The translations under genes were made by a program, and so were the position numbers. From the IMG/VR virus record IMGVR_UViG_2671180631_000012: 45,635 nt of DNA; one strand, given 5' to 3'. The first letter of the stretch is position 1, and the number at the start of each line of letters is the position of its first letter. Source of the stretch: a virus. Taxonomy: Duplodnaviria; Heunggongvirae; Uroviricota; Caudoviricetes. Positions 1-14,483 of this stretch are shown here, in pieces. The notes beneath the pieces are model-generated. The model was not told the DNA's origin and ran no database searches. It saw nothing but the letters and a program-made list of their open reading frames with translations.

Positions 1-264
1 ATGCCAGCGGGTATCGCTGTAACGGGTCAGCTGGCGATTCTTGTCTCCTGCATAGCTGAATGACGTCACCAGCCCCAGCGTATCCGTAAACTCATAACGG
101 TATTTCACGTTAATCCCGTTCAGATCATCACTGCCGGGAACGTTGGTCCGGGCATGAAGATACCCCGCGCTCAGCGTGGACTGATGTTCAGACGCCCATG
201 CAGGCGCACCGGATACGGCCAGACAAATGGCTGCGGACAAAATGGCGGCACAAACTTTACGCAT
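1..264 (-). CDS. lom: Lom-family outer membrane protein, N-terminal 88 codons only (gene runs off the window start)
   Basis: Own translation of the minus strand from ATG at 264: MRKVCAAILSAAICLAVSGAPAWASEHQSTLSAGYLH..., near-identical to recalled lambda Lom N-terminus with signal peptide. Absent from ORF track because no stop lies in the window. Confidence 0.75.
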   Translation of the reverse strand, partial: MRKVCAAILSAAICLAVSGAPAWASEHQSTLSAGYLHARTNVPGSDDLNGINVKYRYEFTDTLGLVTSFSYAGDKNRQLTRYSDTRWH

Positions 265-285
265 AATTACCTCTCGCTTTTCTGC

Positions 286-312
286 AATAAAAAAGGCGTC
301 ATTCCTGACGCC
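286..312 (-). terminator. Intrinsic terminator downstream of J
   Basis: 7-bp stem GGCGTCA/TGACGCC with 4-nt loop, followed on the minus strand by TTTTTTATT; sits between the J stop (335) and the lom start (264). Confidence 0.6.
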
Positions 313-334
313 ATTTATTGGGGTTATAAATATT

Positions 335-4994
<4,660 letters not shown>

Positions 4995-5054
4995 TCCTCA
5001 CGCTCCATAAACGACAAAACCGCCCGCAGGCGGTTTCTCATAAAACATTTTGCA

Positions 5055-5702
5055 TCAGCGACCAATCACCACAACCTGACCACCATCCCCTTCGTCTGCC
5101 GTGCTGATCTCCTGAGAAACCACACGTGACCCCACGCGCATTTCCCCGTACAGAACAGGCAGAACATTACCCTGGGCAACCATGTTATCCAGTGACGAGA
5201 AATACGTGTTCTGTTTGCCGTTATCTGTACTGGCTGCCGTGGGCGTCCTGGCTTTCGGTGCCAGCATCTGCGCCACACCACCCAGGATCATACTGGCCCC
5301 TGCTGCATACATACCCGATACAGCCGCGGCCCCCAGCCAGCCCACAGGGTTCCACCATGCCACCGCAATCAGCGCCGCACCCAGCACCGCCTGAAACACA
5401 CCGCCACTTTTGGCACCCGCCAGACGCGGAACGATGTGGATCACGGCACCATTTGCCAGCGGTTCATTAAGACGGGCAGATAATTCATTTTCGCCTGCAT
5501 CACGCCCGGCAATGCGCACCTGATACCAGCCGTCGCTCAGTTTCTGACGAAATGCCGGGAGCTGTGTGGCCAGTGCCCGGATGGCTTCGGCCCCCGTTTT
5601 CACACGAAGGTCGATGCGGCGGCCAAATCGCTGCAAATCCCCGTAAAGGCAGATGCGTGCCATGCCCGGTGACGCCAGAGGGAGTGTGTGCGTCGCTGCC
5701 AT
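5055..5702 (-). CDS. I: Tail assembly protein I
   Basis: 215-aa ORF beginning MAATHTLPLASPGMARICLYGDLQRFGRRIDLRVKTG, matching recalled lambda I; position between K and J. Confidence 0.85.
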   Translation of the reverse strand: MAATHTLPLASPGMARICLYGDLQRFGRRIDLRVKTGAEAIRALATQLPAFRQKLSDGWYQVRIAGRDAGENELSARLNEPLANGAVIHIVPRLAGAKSGGVFQAVLGAALIAVAWWNPVGWLGAAAVSGMYAAGASMILGGVAQMLAPKARTPTAASTDNGKQNTYFSSLDNMVAQGNVLPVLYGEMRVGSRVVSQEISTADEGDGGQVVVIGR

Positions 5703-6472
5703 TTGTCGGTATACCTCTCTCGTTTGCTCAGTTGTTCAGGAATATGGTGCAGCAGCTCGCCGTCACCACAGTAAATGGCGGCATGATTCGGCACCGATGA
5801 ACCAAAACAGCACAGCAGCACATCGCCCGGCTGCGCCGTTGACAACGGCACCTGATACAGCCCTGTAGCCTCCAGATTATCCAGATAGAGATTCTGACCA
5901 TTACGCCACCAGTCGTCCTCACGATGAAAATCTGGCATCTCAATTCCCGCCAGATGGTAAGCGTCCCGGAACAGCGTGTAACAGTCCGTCACCCCGTGCT
6001 CAAAGCGCCGCCCGGTGAGATGCGGCACACAGCGGAACTTGTGAATCGCCCCGCGGCAGACCAGCCACCACGACAAATCACTCTGCACCTGCAGCCGCCG
6101 GTCGGCCTCACTCAGCCAGGGCAGACCACCGGGGTGGCTGTGGACCAGCGCCACAATCTCACCCTGCATCTCTGCCTGCAGCCAGTCNNNNNNNNNNNNN
6201 NNNNNNNNNNNNNNNNNNNNNNNNNNNNNNNNNNNNNNNNNNNNNNNNNNNNNNNNNNNNNNNNNNNNNNNNNNNNNNNNNNNNNNNNNNNNNNNNNNNN
6301 NNNNNNNNNNNNNNNNNNNNNNNNNNNNNNNNNNNNNNNNNNNCGGCTCACCGGAAATATTCACGCAGGGAAAATATCTTTCCCCCTCCGGTGTTCTCAC
6401 CACGAAGCCGCACGACTCCGCTGGCGCACATCGCCGGGCGTGCGCCAGAATCGCTGATTCTGTCTGTGTCAT
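5600..6472 (-). CDS. K: Tail assembly protein K (JAB/MPN-like HSHP...SEAD motif plus NlpC/P60-like C-terminus); contains a scaffold gap
   Basis: ORF starts MTQTESAILAHARRCAPAESCGFVV as recalled for lambda K; HSHPGGLPWLSEAD motif present; 3' end overlaps the start of I. Confidence 0.8.
   Translation of the reverse strand: MTQTESAILAHARRCAPAESCGFVVRTPEGERYFPCVNISGEPXXXXXXXXXXXXXXXXXXXXXXXXXXXXXXXXXXXXXXXXXXXXXXXXXXXXDWLQAEMQGEIVALVHSHPGGLPWLSEADRRLQVQSDLSWWLVCRGAIHKFRCVPHLTGRRFEHGVTDCYTLFRDAYHLAGIEMPDFHREDDWWRNGQNLYLDNLEATGLYQVPLSTAQPGDVLLCCFGSSVPNHAAIYCGDGELLHHIPEQLSKRERYTDKWQRRTHSLWRHRAWHASAFTGICSDLAAASTFV
6188..6343. other. Assembly gap (156 N) inside K
   Basis: N run; translated as X residues in the K ORF. 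Confidence 0.9.
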
Positions 6473-6477
6473 GGGAT

Positions 6478-7176
6478 TTACTGCGAAAGTTTGTTAATGG
6501 AAAGGAAGCCGCCAAAGTTGCCGACGTTATTGCGAAACTTACAGCCGCTCAGGCATTTGCTGCATTTATCCTTCGTGATATCGGACGTTGGCTGGTCATA
6601 TTCATCCGCGACAGCCGGACCGTGATAACCGCACTCATCACCGCGATAGGTCCAGGTGCAGGTATTAGCAAGCATGATGCGCCCCGGAAAAACAGCGCCG
6701 TCCGTTTCCGTCGGCGTGGACAGTACAAAGGAGGCACTGACCGCGCTCAGTTCGCTGCACTGCTCAATACGCCAGCGGCTGATCACCTCCTGCTCCGGAT
6801 CGGCGTCACTGTTTCCGTTGACGAAGTTCACCGCATCCAGAAAACGGGCGTAAACCTTACGCCTGACCACCGTTCCGCCGACCAGACTCTGCAGGTCTTC
6901 CGCCATCCCGGTGACCATGCCGTGCAGATTAGAGACTTTCAGCGTTGGCCTTGCACTGGCACCTTTGCCGTTCATCTCAAATCCACTCCCCTGAATGGGA
7001 TAGGCCTGATACTGCCGACTCTGCCAGGTGACAGACTCTCCTTTCTCGTTCTGCTCATTGCAGAAAAAGTAGCGATCCCCGCCTACCTCGGTCAGGTCGA
7101 TTTCCCAGAGCACCACGCTGGCCGACTGCTCCGCACGAATGCATTCATTCAGCGTTTCCTGTTGTATGTCCTGCAT
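6478..7176 (-). CDS. L: Minor tail protein L
   Basis: 232-aa ORF with lambda-L-like length and sequence ([33 protein letters not shown]...); order H-M-L-K-I-J conserved. Confidence 0.85.
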   Translation of the reverse strand: MQDIQQETLNECIRAEQSASVVLWEIDLTEVGGDRYFFCNEQNEKGESVTWQSRQYQAYPIQGSGFEMNGKGASARPTLKVSNLHGMVTGMAEDLQSLVGGTVVRRKVYARFLDAVNFVNGNSDADPEQEVISRWRIEQCSELSAVSASFVLSTPTETDGAVFPGRIMLANTCTWTYRGDECGYHGPAVADEYDQPTSDITKDKCSKCLSGCKFRNNVGNFGGFLSINKLSQ

Positions 7177-7514
7177 CAGATCACCACTTCGTCAAACTGA
7201 CACGAAAAATCGGTATAGGTGATATGTTCTGTCGCTGACCACGTTCGACACACCACTCTGATTTTTCTGTTAATACCCGGCGGGCGCCAAAAAAAAGATT
7301 TATAGCCTTCATGCCGGGCTAAAAATTTTTCAAATGAATCACGTTCATTCGCCTCAACTTTGAAATCACAGGTGAAAACGCGCAGAGAATGATTAAGTCC
7401 ATTTGGACTTCGTTGCTCATAACCATCACCAAATCTTACAGTTTTTATCGATGGTTTATTTTCTGTTTTCATTCCATCCTCTGGTAACCAGTGAAATTCT
7501 TCCGTATTAGCCAC
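7176..7514 (-). CDS. Minor tail protein M-like (diverged)
   Basis: 112-aa ORF between tape measure and L; weak similarity to lambda M (VRFGDGY...SF.W.PP motifs); assigned mainly by position. Confidence 0.6.
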   Translation of the reverse strand: MANTEEFHWLPEDGMKTENKPSIKTVRFGDGYEQRSPNGLNHSLRVFTCDFKVEANERDSFEKFLARHEGYKSFFWRPPGINRKIRVVCRTWSATEHITYTDFSCQFDEVVI

Positions 7515-10500
7515 TTAACATTCCCCCATCACGTCGCATATTTAACAGATTGCCCTGCACCCGCTGATCAACCATCCCCATAAGTGCTTTTATTGCCTGA
7601 GGGCCAATCTCTCCATTCTGGCCGTCATTTTGAATAGTGATTTGGTATACAGGGGCATAGGTAATATCTCCGCCTCCATTACCACTTTTACTATTAATAG
7701 CTCTGACACCAAGAGAACCATCGGAAGTTCGTGTTAATGGCATAATGGCTTCCGGTCCAGCCTCACCAAAAACACCAGCCCCTTTTGCAAAAGCAAAAAA
7801 TTGCGGGGAATCATAAATACCGTTCGAATACGTGCTCAATGACGGAGACTCATAAACACCGCCCTTTGCATTCGGAATAAATTTACTAATAGCACTCCCG
7901 ATAGTTCCTAAAATCCCCCCAGAAGAACTGTTACTAATGCTGTCGAAAATCCCAGTAATTGAAGCCTTTAATGCTATTCGACTAAGATCCGAAATCACGG
8001 AAGTAGCGAAAGAACGAAAATTTGCCTTGCCTGTCGTGACAAAATCACCCAGCGCATCGGTCATCCCATCAAACATCTGAGTCGTGGTTGATTTTATCTG
8101 CTCACTGATATCCTTAGTGTCATCCAGCCAGTTATTGAATCCCTGGGAGGCACCACTAACCCAGTCTCCTGCCTGAATATCGAGCTGCTCGTTTTTCTGT
8201 CTGACAATTTCTTTTTCCCGTTCCAGAGCATCATTCAGAGCCTGCATTTTCTCTTGAAAAACATGATCTGACATTCCACGGGATTTATCTGCATAGTCAC
8301 GTTCAAGTTGCAGACGCTGATTGTTATATCCATGTTCAATCCGCAGTAATTCCTGCTGGCGTTGCTGATTTTTATCGCCAACCCCATAACCAGCAATCTG
8401 AATATCATACCCCTGCTGACGATTATCAATCGAAGCCTGCAATGAATCACGCCATGCTGTTATTTCGGCGGATTCCTTGATTAGCCTGTTATTTTTTTCA
8501 ATCGCAACATTTTTCTCCATCAACGTGGTTATTTCTTCCCGGTGTAAGAGAAGCGATTTCTGATCCTGGGTTAATTTCGATGATGGTCGTGACTCTAGGT
8601 CGGCAATCCGCTGACGCCACTTAACCAGTTCCTGTTCAGAGGAACTTAATTTAACGGTCAACTCAGCTTGTGAACTTAGTAACGCATTCTGTTGATTCAG
8701 ATGATCAATCATTCGTTGGGCTGCATCATCAGAATAACCTTTCGCCTTTGGTTGCTTTGGATCTTTATAACGCTCATTTATTTGAGCGATAAGATTATTA
8801 TATTCTTCCTTTGAATACTGATTCTTTAGCTTTTCCAGTTTTGCAAGTTCACTAGCTCTCTGCTGCTCCCGGGTCTGATATTGTTTTGAAAAGGCATCTG
8901 CTCTCTGTCTGAGTTCAATTCCTTCCTGTTGTCGCTTGTTGTAATCGTTTATTGATGAATTTAGTACGTCCTGAGCAATTTTTTCTGCTTGAAGTACGCC
9001 CAATTGCTGCTTTAATCGTGCCAGCCTTTTATTTTGAGCTCCGCCATCTCCAATGCCACCTAACCCGAAAACTCCGGGTCGGGTATTTTTTTCTATTTCA
9101 TCAATTTGACGGAGAACATCTGAGATTTTTTGATCAAGGGAGGCCTCACGGCCAATATCCAGCATGGAATCCCATGCCCATTTTGCGGAGTCTGCGACAG
9201 CTTTCCATGCAGTCTCAAGATAACCAAGATTTTCTTTAATCTGGTTGGTGCGCTGGATCATTGAGGATGAGTATTCTTCTGTCGCAATGCGGGCGGCCTC
9301 CTGCTGGTTCCCTTCATCCTGTAGCGCCTTAATCTGGTTATAAGTCGCAAGTGTCAGAAAATGGTACTGATCATTAAGTTTTGATATGGCACTGACAGGA
9401 TCCTTTGCAATTTCATTGAAGTCATTAACCAGTTGTTCGGTTGATATTCCTGTTACTTCGCTCGTTTTTACTATCGCTGTCGTCACTTGCTCCAGCGAAC
9501 TGCTCGCTACCTTTCCCGAACGCACAAGCTGATTTAATACTGCCGCCGCAGCACCAGTTGTCGAATCAGCCGCATTCCCGGCACGTTGAGCTATATCGCC
9601 CAATTGCCCGCTGGTTGTCCCCAACTGATTTCCGGTAAGAATAAGAGATTTATTAAATTCGTCCTGCTCCTGAGAGCCTTTATAGTAAGCCAGTCCTAAG
9701 ACCCCAACGGCTGCTGCGGCCAGGGTAAAAGGATTAATTAATCCCAGCACATAAGAACCTACACCTTTGATCGCCGGGCCAATCCCACCGAACATATCTT
9801 TTAGCTGGCCGCCCTGCTGCATTAACACCATAAATGGCGACTGACCAGTGGACAACCCAACAACAATATCCGTCATTTGTACAGGCAACATGCGCATAGC
9901 AAAAGCCGTTTGTTTTGCCGACATTCCGGTTTTGCTTAATTGTGATTGAGTAACCTCAAGCTCACTCCGCATAGCACGAAGTTTTCCAGAAAGCTCCTCA
10001 TACATTTCAGGAGAAAGCATCCCCTTAGCTTTTGCTTCATTGAGCTGTTTCTGTTGTTCTACCAGACGATTAAAAGCAGTTCCGACAGGATCAAGTTGAG
10101 CAATCAGACGTTGCAAAGCAACAACCTGTTCATCATGCGCTTTTGCTGCTTCTCGCTCTGCCTGAGCCTCTCCGGTAAGCTCTCGCCGTGTTTCCTGTAT
10201 TTTTCGGCTATAATTCTCAAACTGAGAACCATTTATTTTCCCGGATGCAAACGCAGCATTAAGTTCATCATGCTGTTGTTCAAGATTTCTTAGCGCCGCA
10301 GCCAGAGGGTCGATCTTGTCCAGCATTCTTTGAAAGGCCTGAGCCTGCGCTTCCTGCTGGGCGGCAGCAAGTTTTCCGGCCTTCTCGGCTTCTCTCTGCG
10401 CTTGCGCAACCCCGCTCAATTCCTCTGTGGTTTCATTAAGTTTACGGACAAGAAATTCATATTCTTCTTTATCAATAAGCCCTTTATCGAAAAATTTCTT

Positions 10501-10740
10501 TAATTCAGAATAGCGTCGACCGACAGTATCAATTGCGGCACCAACTGGATCAATAGCTGCTTTTAATTTTGCGAGCGCGTTCTTCTCATCTTCTGTTGCC
10601 TTAGTCACTTTCCCTGCGCTATTTGCAGCAGTTTCCCCAGCCTGCGTCATTTTGACTAATGAGGAGGTCAGATTGTCAGCATTATTTTTCGCTCCAGTGC
10701 TATCAATAATTATTGCGAGACGCGAGGTTTGCTCTGCCAT
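7507..10740 (-). CDS. Tail tape measure protein
   Basis: 1077-aa ORF with a coiled-coil-rich, internally repetitive N-terminus (repeated DPVG/DPLA...RL...Q segments), a hydrophobic central segment and a Gly-rich C-terminus; located between the G/GT chaperone and M. SD AGGAG 9 nt upstream of the ATG. Confidence 0.85.
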   Translation of the reverse strand: MAEQTSRLAIIIDSTGAKNNADNLTSSLVKMTQAGETAANSAGKVTKATEDEKNALAKLKAAIDPVGAAIDTVGRRYSELKKFFDKGLIDKEEYEFLVRKLNETTEELSGVAQAQREAEKAGKLAAAQQEAQAQAFQRMLDKIDPLAAALRNLEQQHDELNAAFASGKINGSQFENYSRKIQETRRELTGEAQAEREAAKAHDEQVVALQRLIAQLDPVGTAFNRLVEQQKQLNEAKAKGMLSPEMYEELSGKLRAMRSELEVTQSQLSKTGMSAKQTAFAMRMLPVQMTDIVVGLSTGQSPFMVLMQQGGQLKDMFGGIGPAIKGVGSYVLGLINPFTLAAAAVGVLGLAYYKGSQEQDEFNKSLILTGNQLGTTSGQLGDIAQRAGNAADSTTGAAAAVLNQLVRSGKVASSSLEQVTTAIVKTSEVTGISTEQLVNDFNEIAKDPVSAISKLNDQYHFLTLATYNQIKALQDEGNQQEAARIATEEYSSSMIQRTNQIKENLGYLETAWKAVADSAKWAWDSMLDIGREASLDQKISDVLRQIDEIEKNTRPGVFGLGGIGDGGAQNKRLARLKQQLGVLQAEKIAQDVLNSSINDYNKRQQEGIELRQRADAFSKQYQTREQQRASELAKLEKLKNQYSKEEYNNLIAQINERYKDPKQPKAKGYSDDAAQRMIDHLNQQNALLSSQAELTVKLSSSEQELVKWRQRIADLESRPSSKLTQDQKSLLLHREEITTLMEKNVAIEKNNRLIKESAEITAWRDSLQASIDNRQQGYDIQIAGYGVGDKNQQRQQELLRIEHGYNNQRLQLERDYADKSRGMSDHVFQEKMQALNDALEREKEIVRQKNEQLDIQAGDWVSGASQGFNNWLDDTKDISEQIKSTTTQMFDGMTDALGDFVTTGKANFRSFATSVISDLSRIALKASITGIFDSISNSSSGGILGTIGSAISKFIPNAKGGVYESPSLSTYSNGIYDSPQFFAFAKGAGVFGEAGPEAIMPLTRTSDGSLGVRAINSKSGNGGGDITYAPVYQITIQNDGQNGEIGPQAIKALMGMVDQRVQGNLLNMRRDGGMLSG

Positions 10741-10754
10741 TTATTAAAACTCCT

Positions 10755-10790
10755 GACAACAAAAAACCCACCGCGAAGTGGGTTTCAGGC
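10755..10790 (-). terminator. Intrinsic terminator-like hairpin between the T frame and the tape measure gene
   Basis: Stem AAACCCAC/GTGGGTTT with CGCGAA loop, followed on the minus strand by TTTGTTGT, immediately upstream of the tape measure RBS. Confidence 0.5.
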
Positions 10791-10905
10791 GACATAATAG
10801 TAGATATAGCGATTACGAGGCCACGCAATGCTTTTCTCCAGGAGCATCATCGATTTAATTAAAGACACCATCACATCTCTGTAACAGAGTGTACGTAATT
10901 AACAA

Positions 10906-11226
10906 CTACACACACTGCTCCTGAAAATACTGGTCATCCAGTGCAAAGATCACTGCTTCAAATTCATCGCGCTCAATCAATACCGGATGAGTGGCTAAAT
11001 ATTCATTTATCTCTGTCAGAGATAAAGGCAAAGGCACCCCAGCCATTCCAGCATAACGTCGGGCACGGGATATTACCGAATAGGCGTACAACAACTCCTT
11101 AAGCACCGGGTCTATTTCTGGTTCCGGTATCGGTGGCAACCTGAGTTTTTCTCGCTTCCATCTTGCCTTTTCCCCCCTTTCTCCCCCGAACTCCGATAAC
11201 CACCGCTGGGCAGCTATGGCTTTTTT
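10906..11226 (-). CDS. T segment of tail assembly chaperone, expressed as a G-T fusion by -1 frameshift from G
   Basis: ORF 10906-11139 is open in the -1 frame relative to G, and that frame stays open upstream through the slippery site (own translation: KKAIAAQRWLSEFGGERGEKARWKREKLRLPPIPEPEIDPVLKELL...). Confidence 0.65.
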   Translation of the reverse strand, partial: KKAIAAQRWLSEFGGERGEKARWKREKLRLPPIPEPEIDPVLKELLYAYSVISRARRYAGMAGVPLPLSLTEINEYLATHPVLIERDEFEAVIFALDDQYFQEQCV

Positions 11227-11675
11227 ATCGTATCCTGCTTCTGCTGCTCTTTACCCTGGGCGATGCTGGCTGCTTCTGCAAGGATCTGCCAGTACAACTC
11301 TGGATTCTGCTTAAGCAGCGCGATCCCTCGTTCTGCCGTATATTCCAGTGCAACCTCAACACCATTAACCAGTTCACCAACCCCTTTCCAGTCTTTCAGC
11401 AGATAACGAGCGGCATTATCAATGAGTAAATCATCAACAGAATCCACCTCGGAAACCTTTGAAATATCAAACTCCTTCGTTCCGACGTGCAAACTGGCAT
11501 CCATTTTCTCAATGTGGCGACGGATTAATGCATTACGGGAGCGATACTGATCGTTATCGCTGCTTGCCACCAACAGTTTTAACCCGTCTACAGGTTTTAA
11601 GTCCTTCATTGGCGTAAACCAGCGTTCTCCACCAATGATAATTTTCTGATTAAGAATAAACATCCATAACCTCAT
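11214..11675 (-). CDS. Tail assembly chaperone G
   Basis: 153-aa ORF directly upstream of the tape measure region, ending ...QQKQDTIKKP-stop with the slippery heptamer in its last codons. Confidence 0.7.
   Translation of the reverse strand: MRLWMFILNQKIIIGGERWFTPMKDLKPVDGLKLLVASSDNDQYRSRNALIRRHIEKMDASLHVGTKEFDISKVSEVDSVDDLLIDNAARYLLKDWKGVGELVNGVEVALEYTAERGIALLKQNPELYWQILAEAASIAQGKEQQKQDTIKKP
11220..11226 (-). promoter_or_regulatory. Programmed -1 ribosomal frameshift site A_AAA_AAG
   Basis: Minus-strand codons read acg ata aaa aag cca tag; the heptamer A-AAA-AAG is in the G zero frame three codons before the stop; a G-rich tract follows downstream. Confidence 0.65.
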
Positions 11676-11723
11676 TCAATGCGTCCCCCTGTAGGGCAGT
11701 ACCACAGGAGGAATAACGGAAAA

Positions 11724-12686
11724 TCAACTAATCGCCTCAGCACTGGCTTTTGCGATCACGGCAGCCGGGGAATTTTTTTTTCTGGTTATCGTAGGTGCTT
11801 CATCTGCTGCGGTAATGCTCAATTGAACCTGGATAATGTCGCTATTACCCCCATCAGGCCATTCACCTGACACCTGAACCTTCGGGAAACTGAAAGTGTA
11901 TGCCCCCTCTCCATTCGAAAGCGTGAAGCTGAACGGAACTGTTTCTCCAGTCAGTGTTTTACTCCAGATTTCCCACGCGGCTTTAGACCATGAAAGCGTC
12001 ACCGTACCGGACGGTGTAAAAGTAGTCGGAATATTTGCTCCTGCATAAGGCGAGCCAGTCCCGATACAACGCTGTGTCTGGAGTTTGTTATCGAACTGAA
12101 TATCAAAACTGTCGATACAAAAACCGTTACCTCCGGCAACACCATTCAGGCTTACTGCTGAAACCTCCTTAAACGAATAACGTAGCTTTCCTGCACTATC
12201 CACAGGTTCGCCTTTGATAAAATTCGTATCATCGGCCTTTGATTCCCAGTCCAGTCCGGCAAAGGTTACGGTCGCTGTAATATCGCCGTCGTTAGGGATC
12301 TGCATTTTCCATGAGCCAACCTGCGCTCCTCTGACGACAGAGGCAATTCCGACATCGGACGCATAGGTCGCCAGAGAAAATGTTATTCGCTCATTCCCCA
12401 TTGTCAGAGAATCGCCTGACCATTCCGCGCCGAAACAGGATGCAAGAAAATCATCATGTTGACCCCAGCGAAATTTGGTACCAACATCACCGCCGACATC
12501 CACAGTGCCAGGCGTCGCCCCCTGAGCCATCCGGGAGCCACCAATCTCATTATTTTCGCCTTTATTCTGGGTGGGTTTTACTCCCCAGCTTGTGCGTTTT
12601 AATAAACTCCAGTCACCACTTGCTGGCGTAGTGCCTGCAACCGTCTCCCGGATAAATGCCGAGATAACCTTTGCACCTGAACTCAC
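11724..12686 (-). CDS. Major tail (tube) protein
   Basis: 320-aa ORF immediately upstream of the G/GT chaperone genes in the conserved siphovirus order; assignment by position and size. Confidence 0.6.
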   Translation of the reverse strand: MSSGAKVISAFIRETVAGTTPASGDWSLLKRTSWGVKPTQNKGENNEIGGSRMAQGATPGTVDVGGDVGTKFRWGQHDDFLASCFGAEWSGDSLTMGNERITFSLATYASDVGIASVVRGAQVGSWKMQIPNDGDITATVTFAGLDWESKADDTNFIKGEPVDSAGKLRYSFKEVSAVSLNGVAGGNGFCIDSFDIQFDNKLQTQRCIGTGSPYAGANIPTTFTPSGTVTLSWSKAAWEIWSKTLTGETVPFSFTLSNGEGAYTFSFPKVQVSGEWPDGGNSDIIQVQLSITAADEAPTITRKKNSPAAVIAKASAEAIS

Positions 12687-12712
12687 AGGAGCCTCCTATG
12701 TCATTAATTGCG

Positions 12713-13105
12713 CTAGAGCGCGCGATATGGAATTTGAAGATTAAGCTGGAACCAGCCATTCTTTTCGCCAACGGCTATTGAGGAAACAGCCTGGTAACTG
12801 AGACGATCGTCATCCTGAAACTCAAACAGTTCCCGCAATTTATCGGCTGTCTCAGTAATGAGTTTTGAACCAGAACCTGCGGGGACAAATAACTGAATAA
12901 TGATTATCCCCGTGCGATAAACAACCGGCCCCGCGCCAATTTCATTAACTCCAGCCTGCCCGGGAATATTACTTAACCGCGCCCAGATTAACTTACCGGA
13001 AGGATCGAACGTTGGCCCGTTCGGATACAATACGTCTTTTCCATCAATAATCGTCTGTGCCGTCATTCTGGAAATAACCGTATTTCTGATTTCAGTAAAC
13101 TTCAT
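12713..13105 (-). CDS. Putative tail terminator / neck protein
   Basis: 130-aa ORF between the head-tail joining genes and the major tail protein; assignment by position only. Confidence 0.4.
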   Translation of the reverse strand: MKFTEIRNTVISRMTAQTIIDGKDVLYPNGPTFDPSGKLIWARLSNIPGQAGVNEIGAGPVVYRTGIIIIQLFVPAGSGSKLITETADKLRELFEFQDDDRLSYQAVSSIAVGEKNGWFQLNLQIPYRAL

Positions 13106-13482
13106 TTGTAAGCCTGTAAAACACCATGAAAAGCGTTGGCATACACGCCAGTTGGCGCTTGTTGTGAATGACCGTTTTCAAGAGCCTCTGCATAAGGAAG
13201 GTTATTCTGGATATAAATAACCCCGTAATTTGCAGCTTTCGAAATAACCCCGATCCCACGCTGAACAGCAATCGTACCGTTCGGATCCACGTTATCAGAT
13301 ATACCAAAATCGGGATGCTGTAACGACACCAGGTTGTTATTTCTGAAACGTCCGGTATCAACCGGAGCAGCAATATCAATAGCAGTAAGAATCTGCATAG
13401 CGATGTAGCGAATCTTCAGCCCTACATCTTCCTCAATCATCCCGGCAAATATTGACGGTTCTATATCCCATGCCTTTGCCAT
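13102..13482 (-). CDS. HK97 gp10-like tail component protein
   Basis: 126-aa ORF with a P-V-D-T-G-R-F-R motif resembling the HK97 gp10 family signature (recalled); neck-module position. Confidence 0.5.
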   Translation of the reverse strand: MAKAWDIEPSIFAGMIEEDVGLKIRYIAMQILTAIDIAAPVDTGRFRNNNLVSLQHPDFGISDNVDPNGTIAVQRGIGVISKAANYGVIYIQNNLPYAEALENGHSQQAPTGVYANAFHGVLQAYK

Positions 13483-13866
13483 TTACGCTCTCCTTAACTG
13501 GATAGAGTAAACTGATGCGGAAGGATCTACACTTGCTGTAATTACCTCGTATCGTTGTAACTGCCTTGATACAGGATCATAAATCTCAATAATATGGTCG
13601 ACAGCTGGTTTATCCGTAACCTCGCATACCAGAGCGGTTAATTTAAGGTCACCATGCAAAATATTAATCCCATCAATTCTGCCCAGCTTATAACGTGTCA
13701 ACACGCCTCGCCCGGTATAGATTGCGGTTGATTCGCCGCCAGTTTCCGTCACAGGATCCCAGTGCCGGTGCGTAACGTAAGAACCAGAAAAATCACTCAC
13801 GGCGTCCGCTAAATCCTCATCAAAAGCAGCGGCAACCTCTGACTGAATCTCTTCACGAAGCCCCAT
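13483..13866 (-). CDS. Putative head closure / head-tail connector protein
   Basis: 127-aa ORF in the head-tail joining block; position only. Confidence 0.4.
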   Translation of the reverse strand: MGLREEIQSEVAAAFDEDLADAVSDFSGSYVTHRHWDPVTETGGESTAIYTGRGVLTRYKLGRIDGINILHGDLKLTALVCEVTDKPAVDHIIEIYDPVSRQLQRYEVITASVDPSASVYSIQLRRA

Positions 13867-14261
13867 TATCCCCCCCTCACAACCCTGACTTGTGAGCGAC
13901 TAAGTCCGTACGGTTTCAGCAGTGCTATCGCAAGCTGTAAATCGGGTTCAAGCAATGCAGTGCTGTTTGCTGGCAACTCAGAAAATGATTTCGATACACT
14001 GACCCCGTCAGCCGACACGGCTTTACTGATAACAACGCCAGAATCATTTTTCTGCTGAAACAACTTACCGAATGAGGCAATTCTGGCTGCATATGCTCCC
14101 GCAAGTTTTACCTCTTCCGGAATACGGGATGGGTTAATTTTCAGGTTGAAGCCATTAAGCCAGGCATTAGCCATTAAAACAGCTTTATTTTTAGCGTTCT
14201 CACTCGTCCAGGCGTTCCCAAACGCATTATCAACGTCATCACAGGTCACGTAAGTGATCAT
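13866..14261 (-). CDS. Putative head-tail adaptor protein
   Basis: 131-aa ORF downstream of the capsid gene; SD GGAG before the ATG; position only. Confidence 0.4.
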   Translation of the reverse strand: MITYVTCDDVDNAFGNAWTSENAKNKAVLMANAWLNGFNLKINPSRIPEEVKLAGAYAARIASFGKLFQQKNDSGVVISKAVSADGVSVSKSFSELPANSTALLEPDLQLAIALLKPYGLSRSQVRVVRGG

Positions 14262-14264
14262 GTG

Positions 14265-14441
14265 TTACTCCTGAGTTTTCCAGCCCATAGCCTTCCAGTT
14301 GTCAACTTCATCAGGATGAACATTAGCGATAGTTGGTGCGCCGGGAAACATCTGATAATCGGTCACCATAACCACTAACTCAATTTGCGTTTTTTGTGCG
14401 GCTTCACGCTGTGCTCTTTGCTCTTTAGTTAATCCGGCCAT
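14265..14441 (-). CDS. Small hypothetical phage protein (58 aa), translationally coupled to the downstream gene
   Basis: Own translation MAGLTKEQRAQREAAQKTQIELVVMVTDYQMFPGAPTIANVHPDEVDNWKAMGWKTQE; not in ORF track (under 60 aa); G-rich SD upstream; its stop lies 3 nt from the next ATG. Confidence 0.35.
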   Translation of the reverse strand: MAGLTKEQRAQREAAQKTQIELVVMVTDYQMFPGAPTIANVHPDEVDNWKAMGWKTQE

Positions 14442-14459
14442 ATGCCCCCCATTAAAAAT

Positions 14460-14480
14460 GGGGCCGAAGCCCCGTTTGAA
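14460..14480 (-). terminator. Intrinsic terminator-like hairpin just after the major capsid gene
   Basis: Minus strand reads GGGGC-UUCG-GCCCC followed by AUUUUUAAU immediately after the capsid stop codon. Confidence 0.5.
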
Positions 14481-14483
14481 TGT

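Noticed and set aside
8235-10293. ORFs 8235-8450, 8952-9239, 9441-9638, 9946-10293 within the tape measure gene
   Set aside because: Embedded in, and mostly antisense to, a long well-supported CDS; no independent signals.
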